The position numbers were made by a program, and so were the translations under genes. The notes under the pieces are model-generated. The model did no database searches and was not told the origin of the DNA. It was given only the letters and a program-made list of their open reading frames with translations. This document shows positions 23,562 to 35,900 of a stretch of DNA of 64,000 bases, one piece after another. Numbering within the stretch: position 1 is the stretch's first letter; the number at the start of each line of letters is the position of its first letter. The DNA comes from Macrostomum lignano (taxonomy: Eukaryota): the NCBI GenBank assembly GCA_002269645.1, contig NIVC01000059.1:372001-436000 (forward strand), written 5' to 3'.

Positions 23562-26500
23562 TAGGGACTCCAGTGAGATTTTGAAAGTTAAAAGTCTGAC
23601 AGATTTTTTATGCTTATCTGATAGATCTTACTTTCTTGTTTGCAAAAAGTATTATATTATTAGATTTGGTAAAGGAATAAGAAAGTTGTGGCCATTTTAG
23701 TGACCATTTTTTGCGGATTCTCTTATGGGATATTTGCATTATGGGCTGTGATCATTTTTTCCAAAATATTTGTTTTTTTCGTGGTTGACCAGCAAGAACT
23801 TTCGTTTTGTATTACCAATTTTGCTGTTCTTGGTGTCATTTTTTTGCTTTTTTTCTTGCCTTGCTTGCTATGTACAAGGCAAGTCAGTGGTGTCCTTTCT
23901 TCTTAAGTTATTTTGCACTAAGTATAGGAAAAATGATAACTGTGTGTGGTCACGGGGGCAATACATATGCTTTTTAAAGCTACAATTTGATTTTATTGAT
24001 AAATTATTATAAATTTATTATACTAAATTTAAAAAACATAATAAATTATATTTATTATATTATTATAAATTAAAATTAAATGTATCATAATAAATAATAT
24101 ATTATAAGTTTATTTATATTATTATAAATATTACAAATATATTATAAACTATTGATAACTGAGACATAAATTATATGTCTCATTATTGATAATGAGACAT
24201 ATTCATACTTATTTGGCACTGAATCACCTGAGTAACTCAGTAAGTCAATCAATATGTTACCATTCCAGCTGCCACTGGAGTAGACTACTGGAGTACTGAC
24301 TGACTAAACAATACTATCTATGGCCACATCCTCCACACCCAAGACCAAGCCCAACCTTCGGCTTCGTGGCAGGTCCAGATCATCCATTCGCCCAGTCACC
24401 AATGGCCAGGTGATTACTCATCTCAAGTCCAGCAGCCAGGCCCATACAGGACTTGACAAGGCCCAGCCGATTCTGAAACTGGTTGGGCTACCTTCTCACT
24501 TGATGGAGTTTGTCTCTGACAATCTGAAGAAGGCACTCCTGAAAAGGATTAAGGATTTAGAGAGAGAAGCCCAAATTCTGCTGAAGAGTCACACTCGTGA
24601 GGCTGCGTCTGGTGATGGCATCTCGACATATGAGGCCCATTTGGCACGAGAATTCGAACCTCCAGCGGCATTGCAACAGCTGTTGAACCCAATGGCAATG
24701 CCGATTGTGCCTTTGTCAACATCACCAATGCCAATGGCCTCGAACTCACCGACTCCAGCAAGGCTTGACCAATCGAAGCAGTCTGGCATGAGTGTCTCTG
24801 TCGAAGAGAAGATCGGCATCGAGGCAGCCATTGTTGATCTGCGAGTTCACAAGGCCAAAGCCAAAGTTGCGCAGCTGAAGGCCGCCCTGGCCGAGCAGAA
24901 AGCTGAAGTCCGGCGACTGAGGGCTAAGCTAGCCAAGCGGCCTGAAATTCGCGTCTGGAATCAGCGTCTCAGACGGCTACAAGGCAGATACGACAAGCTG
25001 CGTGCTGAGCATGCCAAGCGGCAGGCCTTTGCATCATCTGCCAGCCGTAGGCGTGACCTGCGCTTGAGGCGTGCCAACAGCCGTAGCAAGTCAAGTCAGC
25101 TCGCCACTGAGAGAGTGAAGGAGCTCAGAGCCGATACCCGCAGTTTGCACGGCCTCATCTGTGAAGCAAACGAGAAGCTTCAACAGCAGAGTGTGGGCTC
25201 CATCATCACCAAGACATCACGTCCGAGTGGAGGACAGCAGTACACGAACCAGGTCATCAGCACCTGTATGCACTTGGTGCTGGACTGCCACGTCCCTGTG
25301 CAGCACGTCAAGCCAGCGATTCGACGCGTCCTCACGGACCTCGTTGGCATCGACGCCGGCAACTTGGCGCTTCCGTCGCGTTCGCAGGTCAGTGCTTTGA
25401 GCTACAGCCTTGGCAGCTGCCTAGCTAAGGCGAGCGCGATGGAGAAGCTGCTGCATCAGGGGGCAAAGGAGGACCGACCAATAACGATCTTGCATGATGC
25501 TACCAGCAAGAAGGGCCGACACTATGCCGCCTACCAGGTAAACTTGAGTAATGCATTTTCGTGCATATTGACAAATAATTGGACTTAAAGGAAGGAAATG
25601 AATTTAATAATTAATTATTATTATTAATATTCACAAAAAGAGAACTTTTAGTTAATAAGAATGAACTTTTATATTCACAATATGCTTTGTATTACATATG
25701 CACCATTCATAGGTTGACACTGGGGACAGCCGCCCGATGGCTGTTTCTCTTCGCGAGGTCGAGGGTGGCACCGCGAACATCTACGCCCGCGAACTGGACT
25801 ACTCGGTGGAAGAGCTGGTCGATCTGTTTTGCTCGGTAGTTCTTGCCCACTCGAGCGACGAAGAGAGACGCCGCCTGAAGTGTAATCTACTGGCACGCGT
25901 CAACTTCCTAATGACTGACCGACACGTGGTCAACAAGTGCCTCAACGTACTGCTCAACGAGATGCGGCAGGAGCTGGCAACCCAGCAAGGCGTGAACCCA
26001 CCTCCACCTGTGACTGCACTGTTCTGCGGCATGCATGTGATTGTAAATCTTGCTGCTGCCGCAGAAGCTGCGCTGCGCGAGTGGGAGACTTGCATGGCTG
26101 CAGAGGCCGTCGGATCTGCTGCCCTCCCTGGCTTCCGCCCGTCCCAAGCTGAATCTGGCACGCAGCGTCTAATCCGCACCGTCTGCAAGGCGTTCCATGC
26201 CCTGGGCAGTGAACAGTGTGGCGTTGCGATTCCGCTTCAAACGTATCTGGAGTCGAAGGGCGCACCGTCCCTTCGTTTGGACGACTTCCGTGGCAACCGC
26301 GCCTACATCACATTTCCCAACGGGGGAAACATTTTCTGGCAGCGAGACCGCCTGTCCGAGTTCCTGGCTGAGTACACCTGCAGCAACCGCCTGCTGATCG
26401 CAGTGCAGGCTGACTTGGCATCTGATTTGCTGCTGAGTGGCTGCCGTGCACTCGGAATTGCTGACGTTCTGCTAATCCGGCCACTGTGGGTGCTCCTGCG

Positions 26501-29500
26501 CTGCCGAGACGTGACCCTCACGGACATGAACGAACGCTATGAGCGCGCTTGCAATTGGCTGCGCCAGCTGTCATCGTCCGAGGGCGTTACTGTGGCCAGC
26601 AGCATGATTGGCCCATTTCCCGAACTGGCCCAGACGGTTCTCCGGGACATCCAGCTGCAGGACATCTGGGCGGCGCTGACGTCTGAGCTGACAGCCTTGG
26701 AGAACGAGATTGTCGGCCAGGCTCTGCAGGTAAATATGGGTTTTGAATTATGAATGCGCTGATTAGTCACAAAGTACAGTACAGTATCAATGAACATTAA
26801 CGAATGTATAGATTGTAGCTTTTATACTTTAAAACACCACTTCAGATCATGGCGACACACATGCTTGTGTTGCTAGAGAGAGAGGTGCGTGACCACCTGC
26901 CTGGGGGCACTCTGCGGCAGCTCACGCCAGAAGTTGCCCAGCTTGTCTCATCTGCGCCTAAGGACAACGTAGCAGTCGAGCGAGGCTTCGGGATGCTGGA
27001 TAAGTGCGTCGCAGACAGGCCCAACATGCGCCCTCTTGCGCGCGAGTCGCTTGTGCTCTTCGGCTATAACTGCACGTCCGAGTGGCTGGCCGACAAGACG
27101 GAGCGCGAGAAGGACCTCCTTCTTACCAGGGCACGGAAGCTGGTCCCTCAGCTCGAAAAGCGAGGGAAGGAGAGCGCCGACGCCTTGCGCAGCTGCCGCC
27201 AGGAGATTCTCCGCGCCAAGCTAGCTGAAAAGCAGCGCAAGAAGGACTCGAACGCCGAGAGCATCCGATCCATTCTCCGTGTCATCGAGGCCTACGGCGG
27301 ACTCTGGCCAACCATCTCCAGGATGGACGCTGTGCTGCACCAACTAGCCCCTGACCAGCACGAGAAGGCCATCAAAGCACAGCTGCAACTGCACAAAGCG
27401 ACCAGTACGTGTGGGCAGAAAAATGTGTCTGTTTGCTCACTGCTTAGCATGAAAATTATGTTTCATGTAATATTTTGTAGAGATCCACCTGCCCAAGGAC
27501 AAGGCCAGCCTGCTCAACTTCTCCGCGGCTGGTGTCAAGCGCAGTGTGCCTCAACTGCGAAGCCAACTGCGTGAAGTTCTGCAGATAGTGGAACTACAGG
27601 ACCAGCAAAAGGGTGCCGATGCGCCCACCGTGCCTCCGTCCGGCCTCCTGGATGCTCGCGAGCGCAAGGAGCGAGTCCGCACTGCCATTGCTGACAGGCT
27701 GCAGCGTCGTCAACGGATTCAAGATGCAGGAGCTGTGGCTGCTCAAGCTGGGCCTGGCCTTGGTGGACGAGGCGGCGGTCGCGGACGCGGACGAGGTCGA
27801 GGTCAAGGACGAGGTCGAGGTCAAGGACGAGGTCGAGGTCAAGGAGGAGGACGAGGTCAAGGAGGAGGACGAGGACGAGGACGAGGAAGAAGACACGAGG
27901 ATGAGGGCGACGCCATTGACGAGACCACCAATCAGCGGACGCTGGCCAACCTCCCCGATCTGGTGAGCAGAAGAATCGAGATGAAGTTCTGCTTCACAGA
28001 TGGGGAGGACTGGATACCAGGCCACGTCCTCCAGCGACTGCCATCAACCTGCCAGAGCAGGGACATTCTCAGCCAGGAGTTCAAGGTTGTGTTCGATGAT
28101 TTTGAAGGGGAGTACACCTATGATCTCAACAAGGACTACCTGGCTGGCGAATTGAATGTTCTCTCTGATGACGATGACGATTATGATGATGATGATGACT
28201 AAGTGTATTCATTGTTTAACAAAGTTTTTCAAGCACAGCTTGGTCTGTTCACAAAACGTAGTTGCCTGAGATTCATATTATGTACTATCTCCCACACAGA
28301 TTAGCACCTAGGCTAGTATTTGCATGTTAAGTCTTCAGAGTTTGCACCCAAAATAATCACTCATTATTACAATGAAGAATCTAGCTAACTCAGTAGCTGC
28401 ATAAGTCAGAAGACATTCAAACAAAATGGCTGCTTTTCAATGCCATATAAAAAATCACCTACCTGCTTTTATTGCACAGGCATAAACCTATTGCAACAGT
28501 TCCACGGTACTCTGTACCATACATACCATACATTTTTGAGAGTTTGCATCGTTGACCAGACGAATGCCAGGGGTCGCTTGTTGGGATCACTATGCTGGGG
28601 TCTGATATCCAGCAGCTTTCCAACGGAAGCCTCTCATATGACCCCCATGTACAATGTGTACATAGAATAGAAGAGTACACATCTTGAAGACAGCAGTTGT
28701 AATGGTTATCATGGAAATGAATTTCAAGACAGTGTGTATTGACTTCATAGTGCAATTAACTTACAAAATACAGTTTAAAAATGTTCATTTTTCCTACTAA
28801 TAAGGTGACGATGCAATTGCATTTGCACTGAAAGTCATAGTTACTCCTGCCGTTTACCTGAATCTCGCTGAAACATATTGATGCTCATATTTCTAAGTGC
28901 GCGGTCAGTTGTCAGAAGGAACTTTCATTCCTCACACTTGTCATGCAATTATGTATGAAAGTCAATATCAACTGTATTTGTGCGTCTCTTTTTTTCTCAA
29001 AAAAAATAAAAAATATATTTTAAATAGACATTTACTTTGATTTTACTATGATCTTTGAATCAACTTAGTAGCAATGCGCGACTAGGTAATCCCAAACGGT
29101 TTTCTGCATGTCCTTCCACTTGCAACAAAGAATAAAGAAATTTACATTTGAATTCCGTGCAGCAATCGGATGATACAAAGAAATCGAAGAAAAAAATTTG
29201 GACTACCCCTGTAGGCAACAGGGAATATTTTTTTCTTCTGAAATTTACATAAAATGATACTTAATTATGCCTAGATTGCTTTTATATTGATTATTTTTGT
29301 TTAAAACGGTCATTTCGTTATTAAAAATTAGACTTTCCAAAGTCACGATTTTTACCGTAAAATAGGCTTCATTTTGCATGGGAATGCAAAAATGATGAAA
29401 CTTTAACTGTCCATAACTTTGTCTCTGATCGACTTTAGAAGCTGTTTGAGCACTCATTTTGAAGTACATTTATTGTGCTTTTTATTGTGTATTTCAGTTT

Positions 29501-29606
29501 TTACACAGTCATATTTTTTCTATCTTAGTTTTCTGTTTGAAGTAGGTGCTAAATGTACGTTTTTTCTAGTTTCAACCACGCTACTCGGAGCTCGCCGGAG
29601 TCTCTA
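23562..29606 (+). mobile_element. Full-length, apparently autonomous hAT-superfamily DNA transposon (hATw-like, 7-bp TSD), 6,045 bp
   Basis: Left end TAGGGACTCCAGTGAG vs reverse complement of the right end TAGAGACTCCGGCGAG (13/16). GCCTAGG flanks both ends (23555-23561, 29607-29613). The duplicate has a single GCCTAGG (47091-47097), and the offset change of 6,052 equals 6,045+7. The hATw label rests on my recollection that hATw makes 7-bp TSDs. Confidence 0.88.
24320..28202 (+). CDS. DDE transposase of the CxxH (hAT-related) class, ~1,171 aa; exons 24320-25537, 25713-26729, 26846-27404, 27481-28202
   Basis: GT-AG introns join the four ORFs in frame (3,516 nt, no internal stop). Candidate catalytic motifs are LHDATSK (D at 25496), MTDRHVVN (D at 25917), FCGMH (26025-26036) and NVAVERGFGMLD (E at 26978). 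There is an N-terminal coiled coil, a C-terminal RG tract, a Tudor-like domain and an acidic tail. Confidence 0.88.
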
Positions 29607-29660
29607 GCCTAGGCCTATGCCTATCTCAGTGTATCTATAGGCCTATCTTATGCCATAGGC

Positions 29661-30059
29661 CAGGGGTCGGCAAACTTTTTCAACGTATGGGCCAGATGAC
29701 TGCGGGCCAGAGAGAAGAGAGGGAATAGAGGAGAAAAAGGAAGAAGGGAGGAGAGAGAGGAGATAAGAGGATAGTGAAGACGAGAGGACAGGTAAGAGAA
29801 GCTGAGAAGGGAGGCATGGGGAGATGGAGAGGGAAGAGAGGAGGAAAGGGATAGGTCGATAGGAGAGGGGAGAGGTGGAGAGAGAGAGAAGAGAAGGAAT
29901 AGGAGACCCCAAAGAAGTAGAGAGAGGAGAGAGAAAAGAAAAACCTTGAGTTGGCCAGATTGCTATTGTGAAGTTTCATTCATGGACCCAAGGGCCAGAC
30001 ATAGAGGTCTTTGTAGGCTGCATGTGGGTGGCCTGAGGGTAACAGTCTGCCAGTCCCTG
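29661..30059. mobile_element. hAT-type MITE (399 bp; copy at 47145-47543)
   Basis: TIR CAGGGGTCGGCAAAC vs CAGGGACTGGCAGAC (reverse complement of the right end). 8-bp TSD CCATAGGC/CCATAGCC. GA-rich interior. Confidence 0.75.
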
Positions 30060-30545
30060 CCATAGCCCACTTGGTGCTTATGCCTAATGGCCTACTATGC
30101 AGTTGAAGAAAGTAAATAGTAGGCCCCTATAAATACTGCTTTCATTTTGTTTTTATTTATTTTATTTTTAAGTTCTTAAAAAAGTTTTTTGTGATTTAGT
30201 TGTCTATTAATTTTTTTTAAAGTCCGGCAGCTCAAGTCTGAGAATATTCTTTTTGATCAAAATTTATCTAAGCCTACTGTAACAGAACTATATATAAAGA
30301 TTTAAGACCATGCCATTTTTGTAACTTAGTAAGACAACAATTAACAAATGGAACATGTCTTTTTAACTTGAATTTAGTTCAATATATTGGGTTGGGGATT
30401 GTTTGGCTCATTGCTAAACAATCAATTTAGGACTTGATATTGGCTATCATTTTGTATATATAGTATTGATCCACTCGGTAGAATAACAAAGACAACTTTC
30501 TAGCTATTTGAGACTATGTGCCATTTAATTATGTCTTTTGATAAT

Positions 30546-30828
30546 CATACATGCAGAACCTCCAAAATTCAGTTGGCCATGTGACTTAATTTTAACAAAA
30601 AATGCAACATAGTTTTTGGCCAAAAATGCAACTTACCTGTCAAAGAAACTAAAGCAAACTTAATACAATTTTGGGTAAATGGCAAGAATAACTATTACTG
30701 TCCTATTCAGGCTAAATGCCTTGTCATCTAATTAGTACTACATCTATATTCCTACTTGTAGGCATTTTTGCAACTTACCTTGGTTGGCCGCCAGATTGGC
30801 CAACTTGGCTGACTATTGCGCATGTATG
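30546..30828. mobile_element. hAT-type MITE, CATACATG family (283 bp; copy at 48030-48312)
   Basis: TIR CATACATG..., 8-bp TSD TTGATAAT/ATGATAAT; homologous to 33625-33911. Confidence 0.75.
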
Positions 30829-30865
30829 ATGATAATAAACTTTTTGCTTTAATATTTCCTAGAAG

Positions 30866-31258
30866 TAGAGGTCGGATGGGATTGAAATCTTCGGGCGGGA
30901 TCGGGATCGGGAATAATTTTTTTCTCGGGATCGGGATTGGGATTCGGGAATTGGGATCAGGTCTTTTAGTGTATTGTCCATGTAAAGTTAAACAAAATTG
31001 AGAAAAGATTATCAAGATCAAGAAGTAAAACACAACGAAATTGATATGAAGTTTTGTAACCAACAAAGTAAATAATATAACGAGTATAAGTTGAAGCAAA
31101 ATACCTTTAAGTAATCACTAATTCTATAAATTATTAATCGAAAGACCTGTTCCCGAATCTCGACTTTTTTAGGGTCGGGATTCTGGTCCCGTGGGAATTC
31201 AATTTTCCTCGGGATCCCGAGATTTTGGGATCGGGATCGGGATCCTGTCCGACCTCTA
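30866..31258. mobile_element. hAT-type MITE (393 bp; copy at 48350-48742)
   Basis: TIR TAGAGGTCGGATGGGAT vs TAGAGGTCGGACAGGAT, perfect 8-bp TSD CCTAGAAG (30858-30865, 31259-31266), GGGATC subterminal repeats. Confidence 0.9.
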
Positions 31259-32955
31259 CCTAGAAGTTCCTAATAGGTTGCAACTATGACATATAAGTTG
31301 CTAGTGGATAGAATAGTAGTCACATGACTGCTCTCAGCCAAAAGTGACTTACATGTGTGTATGTTACCAATAGAAATGGCCAGGTGAATCCCAAGGTTGC
31401 ACATGTATGTTAAGTACATCACCTTGAGTTGTTGCATCATAGAACCTATTGCCAGAGATGAGATAATAGTAAAGAAAAATTTATTATCTATGATGGCATA
31501 TGTTGATATTAGCATTGTTATTGTTCTAGTAACACAAATAATACTTTCTTTTTTATATGCATTTAGTCCTTGTTTCTTGATAATCTTGTTGACATATAGC
31601 TAGTTGATATCATATCTGTATACAATTTTGTACCAGGATAGACCTATATCTTGGAATATTCTCTAATATAAGAGAATTATTCTTTAATTCTCTTAAAATT
31701 CCATAAACAATTGATCTTTAGACACCAAACTCAAACAAAATATTGTGTAATTGGAGTGTTGCTCAGCCCAGGATGTTCTATTTTATATTGTACAACTAGT
31801 TTATATTATTGCTCTTTATTTAGAGACTGCATCTTAGATCTGACAGTGCAACTAAGAAAAAAAACTTAGGCATTATAGAAGACCTCTAGTATTTTTCAAA
31901 AACAGTTTAGGGAAAGTGTTTTGCAAAAGTTTGTTTATGGCAAAAACTAGGCCTAACCATGTCAAGATTGTTACTAATCACTTGGATACATTTGAGTACA
32001 TACCTGAGTATTTTTTACTTATTTGGTAGCATTTTTATTCTATACTAATAGCATTATTATATGTCAGTCTAGAAAATGTCAATCTATTTTGGCATCAGTC
32101 AAATAGTCTGGTATATTTTAGTTGCTCAAAATGTGTGGGCGCCCTATGAGATAAAGTTTTTAGAATGATTCTTTTTATATTTCTTAGTAGTTGACTAAGT
32201 ATTGAATTGCCCAGTCCTTAGACAAAACAAAAATTAGAGGGTCATAGTCTTCTCAATACTATATGTAATGACTCAGACTAGCTATTTAGTTTGGCGAGAG
32301 AAATGTACACTATACATGTATTTCCAAGACCCCTTTGATCTCCCTTGTATTATTACATATTAGTAGTATATATGGTATAATTTCCTTCTACTCAAAATAT
32401 AAGTCTCAAACAATATCCAAGTCTTTAAGTATATGAAGTTAAAAGGTTGCAGAAAAGCTAGAGGATAAAAAGTTTCAAAAAGGTTAGTTGGCTCACTAGC
32501 CAGATTGTGCCTATTTATAATATTTTTAGTATTTAGTCAATTTTTATTTTGAGACACCATAACGATTTTAATAAATGAGCATTATAACAAAATTACAGAT
32601 AAAAATTATTTTTATTTAATTTTTATGCATGTTTTTAATCTGAATATTATATAACATTAGCAAAATTAAACAAAATAGTTTAATATTATTATTGACAGTT
32701 AAGGATTAGGCCTACAGCAAACATCATTTGAGTAAACTAAAATTAGCACTCGCACAATGTCTAGTCTATTTTGTTAGATTAAGCAGTTGATTATGTTAGC
32801 TTCAGTAACTCTAAAAGAACTATATGCTTGTGTATGCTTTAATCTCAGATTTTTTATGTACTTTAATTTCAGTATATCTATTTTATTGAGATTGTCTTTA
32901 AAACTCCTATACTAGCTTGCGTTTTTATTTGCTCTTTTTCATTCCTGGTTGCCAG

Positions 32956-35900
32956 GCAGCAAAGCCGACTAATTCGGTCATCCCACTGCCCCGCGGTGGC
33001 CCTGTTGCCAGCAGGCTGCCTGCCCCCTCTGTCGCGCATAATCGGCGCTCCCTACTGGCGGCGCCAAATTCGGCTAGCGGCGCGTCGGCATCGGCGTCGC
33101 TTCAGATGACAGTCTCATCGCCGCCTGACGCCCTACGCCAGATGCTTGGCAATAACAGTAACAACTGCAGCAGCGGCTACCGCAATAGACTAAGCCAGCG
33201 TCAGCGAAAGGGCACATTCTGTGTTGAACCGCCTGCGCCGCCTACTGACGAGGATTTTAGCGAAATTCAGCGAGCTGTGTTTGCCGCCGATGATGCTGTT
33301 GGTAAGTGTTCAGTTCAATATAGTTTCGAGTTAGTTGGTCTTCTAAGTGTACGTTGTTTTCTCCGGCTTTACGTGGGTCTTCTGGTTGTACGTTGTTTTT
33401 CCAGCTTTACGTAGCTTTTCCCGGTTTACGTTGTTTTCCGGGTTTGAGTTGTTTTTCGCGTTTAATTTGTTTTCAGAGTTCTACCGCAAACCAAAATTTT
33501 CCCGTATCAATATCCGAGTAGATTTGTATCCGTAATCTTATAATTCATTTCTGGTAGCTTCCTATAACTTTTAATGACGTTAAATCCAGTAGAAACAGGC
33601 CCAGGGCCCCCTTGTAGCTGGCGGCATACATGTGCAACCTCCAAAATTCGGTCGGCCGTGCGACTTAGTTTTAAGAAAAAATGTGACAGTTTTTGGCCAA
33701 AAATGTGACTTACATGTAAAAGAAACCCTAAAGCAAACTTAATGCAACTTTGGGTAAATGGCAGGAGTAACTTTGACTGTCTTATTAAGGCAAAATGCCT
33801 CATTATCTACTTAGTGCTACTTGGGTATTTATTCGGGTGGGCATTTTTGCGACTTACATTGGTTGGCCGCCAAATCGGTCGGCCGACTCGGCCGACTGTT
33901 GCGCATGTATGGCTGGCGATGATGGCGTCCTTTTTTCTTTGATAAATGCTTTAAATGAACGGAGATTAAATCCAAAACAGGAAAGAAGACAGGAGTTTCA
34001 GAGAACAAAAGCATAGAAGTTACATGGCCAACTTCATACTATCAGCTCTGATCGTCACCAAAAAAGGTTCTCACCGCCCTCAGTTTGCTCAGTATGGCGC
34101 CCCTCAAGTGTATATTGTGGCGCCCCCAACCTTAAAGTTAAAATCCACCCCATCTCATTTTATATTTCTGAATATTTTAGCCTCTAAGTATTACTGAATA
34201 CAGAAAAGTGCATACCTGTATGTGCTGTCTAATAACCTGGTAATCCGTAACTTACCGCAGCTGCGGCGAAGCTGTAGTTGTTTCTTTCCGGGTTTACGTA
34301 TTTTTTCCGGGTTTACGTATTTTTTTCCGGGTTTACGTATTTTTTCCGGGTTTAAATTGTTATTTACCTCGACTCTAAACTGTTATTTGTTTTTTAAGCT
34401 TTGTTTCTTGCTAGCAGTATTTTCTCCATTAGATTTAAACATTTGTTTGGATGTTTTTATTTTCCGGGTTTGCATCTTATTAGTTCGTTATAATACAAAT
34501 GGAATCCGTTTTACGTGTTTTACTACTGAGCTGTACCTCTGTAACTTCTAATTTAGAATATGAACAATTGTTTTCTTGAATTATCGGTACGTTTAATTTT
34601 AAAACGTACTACTGACTAGCAGTAATCAATTAAGAGACGAAATCCAACTAGAGAAAGAAAAAAAGCCGTTTAAATTATTTATGTGTGCAGAATTTGGCAT
34701 ACAGCTGTGCTGACAGTAAAGCTGCGCTATTTGCTATGCCATTGCTGCCCGCCTGATCTGATACAACAGTTGGGTAAGAGACTAAAACCTGGGGAAGTAT
34801 TACAGGAGTATAAAAGAGAAAGATCTAGGGGTTGAGGGGTAGCTAATCCGCACCGTCACCTCCACCCACCCCTCACCGCCTGAGCAGGGTAGAGCACAGG
34901 GGCATTATCTGTGAGTCAGATATTGGTTGGTCAGGTTAAGCAAGTATATGAATGAATGACTGTCTAATCCTGCTAATCCTGTACGAAAAAAAGCGCCTAG
35001 TATGAACCAAAATTAATCTACATGCAATCTTAACAGTTGAAATGAATCGAAGGCCATCTTTGACAACGGTGAAACCGACGGCATCAACTACTGCGTCCAG
35101 GGTAGCCCCCGTATCTGCATTGAAAGTGCCTAGTAAAACCGGCGCTAAAACGGCAATTGGCGCCAAATCAGATAATGGCGCTAAAACGGCGATTGGCACC
35201 AAAACGGCAATCGGCGCCAGAACGGTAATTGGCGCCAAAACAAATAATGGCGCCAAAACGGCAATTGGCGCCAAAACAGATAATGGTGCTAAAACGGCGA
35301 TTGGCGCCAAAACGGCAATCGGCGCCAGAACGGCAATTGGCGCCAAAACAGATAATGGCGGTAAAACGACGATTGGCTCCAAAACGGCAATTGGCGCCAA
35401 AGCAGATAATGGCGCTAAAACGACGATTGGCGCCAAAGATAATCCGTCTGGCGCTAAAACTGCGATTGGCGCTGACAAGCCTGCGACCAGCGCTAAGACT
35501 GTAAGCGGCGGCGCCAGAACTTCTACAGCCGATTTGGGCGCCAGTATCAGCAAGTCGTCTGTGTCCCAGGCTTCTTCCCGCAAGTCGTCTATTGCTTCTA
35601 CCTCCAGTGAGTTTTGCTGCTCTTGTTGCTCAAAATCCTCAGTTGCTGGGCCTCCCAGAGTGTCAGTTGCTGGGCTATAATGCTTACTCACCCCATACAA
35701 CGCAGCCCGCAGCTCAGTGGCTGACAGACAGGCCTCAAGCAAGCAGCAAGTCAGGAAGCATCAGACGGCAGCCTCTGCTACCAGTGACAGGACGCAGCGA
35801 TCAACGCTGGCGTCTAGCATAGGAGCTTCAACATCGGGCCCAGTTAAGTCAAACAACGTCCCATCGAAGGCGCCAGCCACGAGTTCTAAACAAATAAATG

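Noticed and set aside
35229-35742. Alternative-frame and antisense ORFs over exon B (LAPIAV / APKRQL repeats)
   Set aside because: They are shadows of the 18-bp coding repeat; only the GAKTAI frame fits the splice phases.
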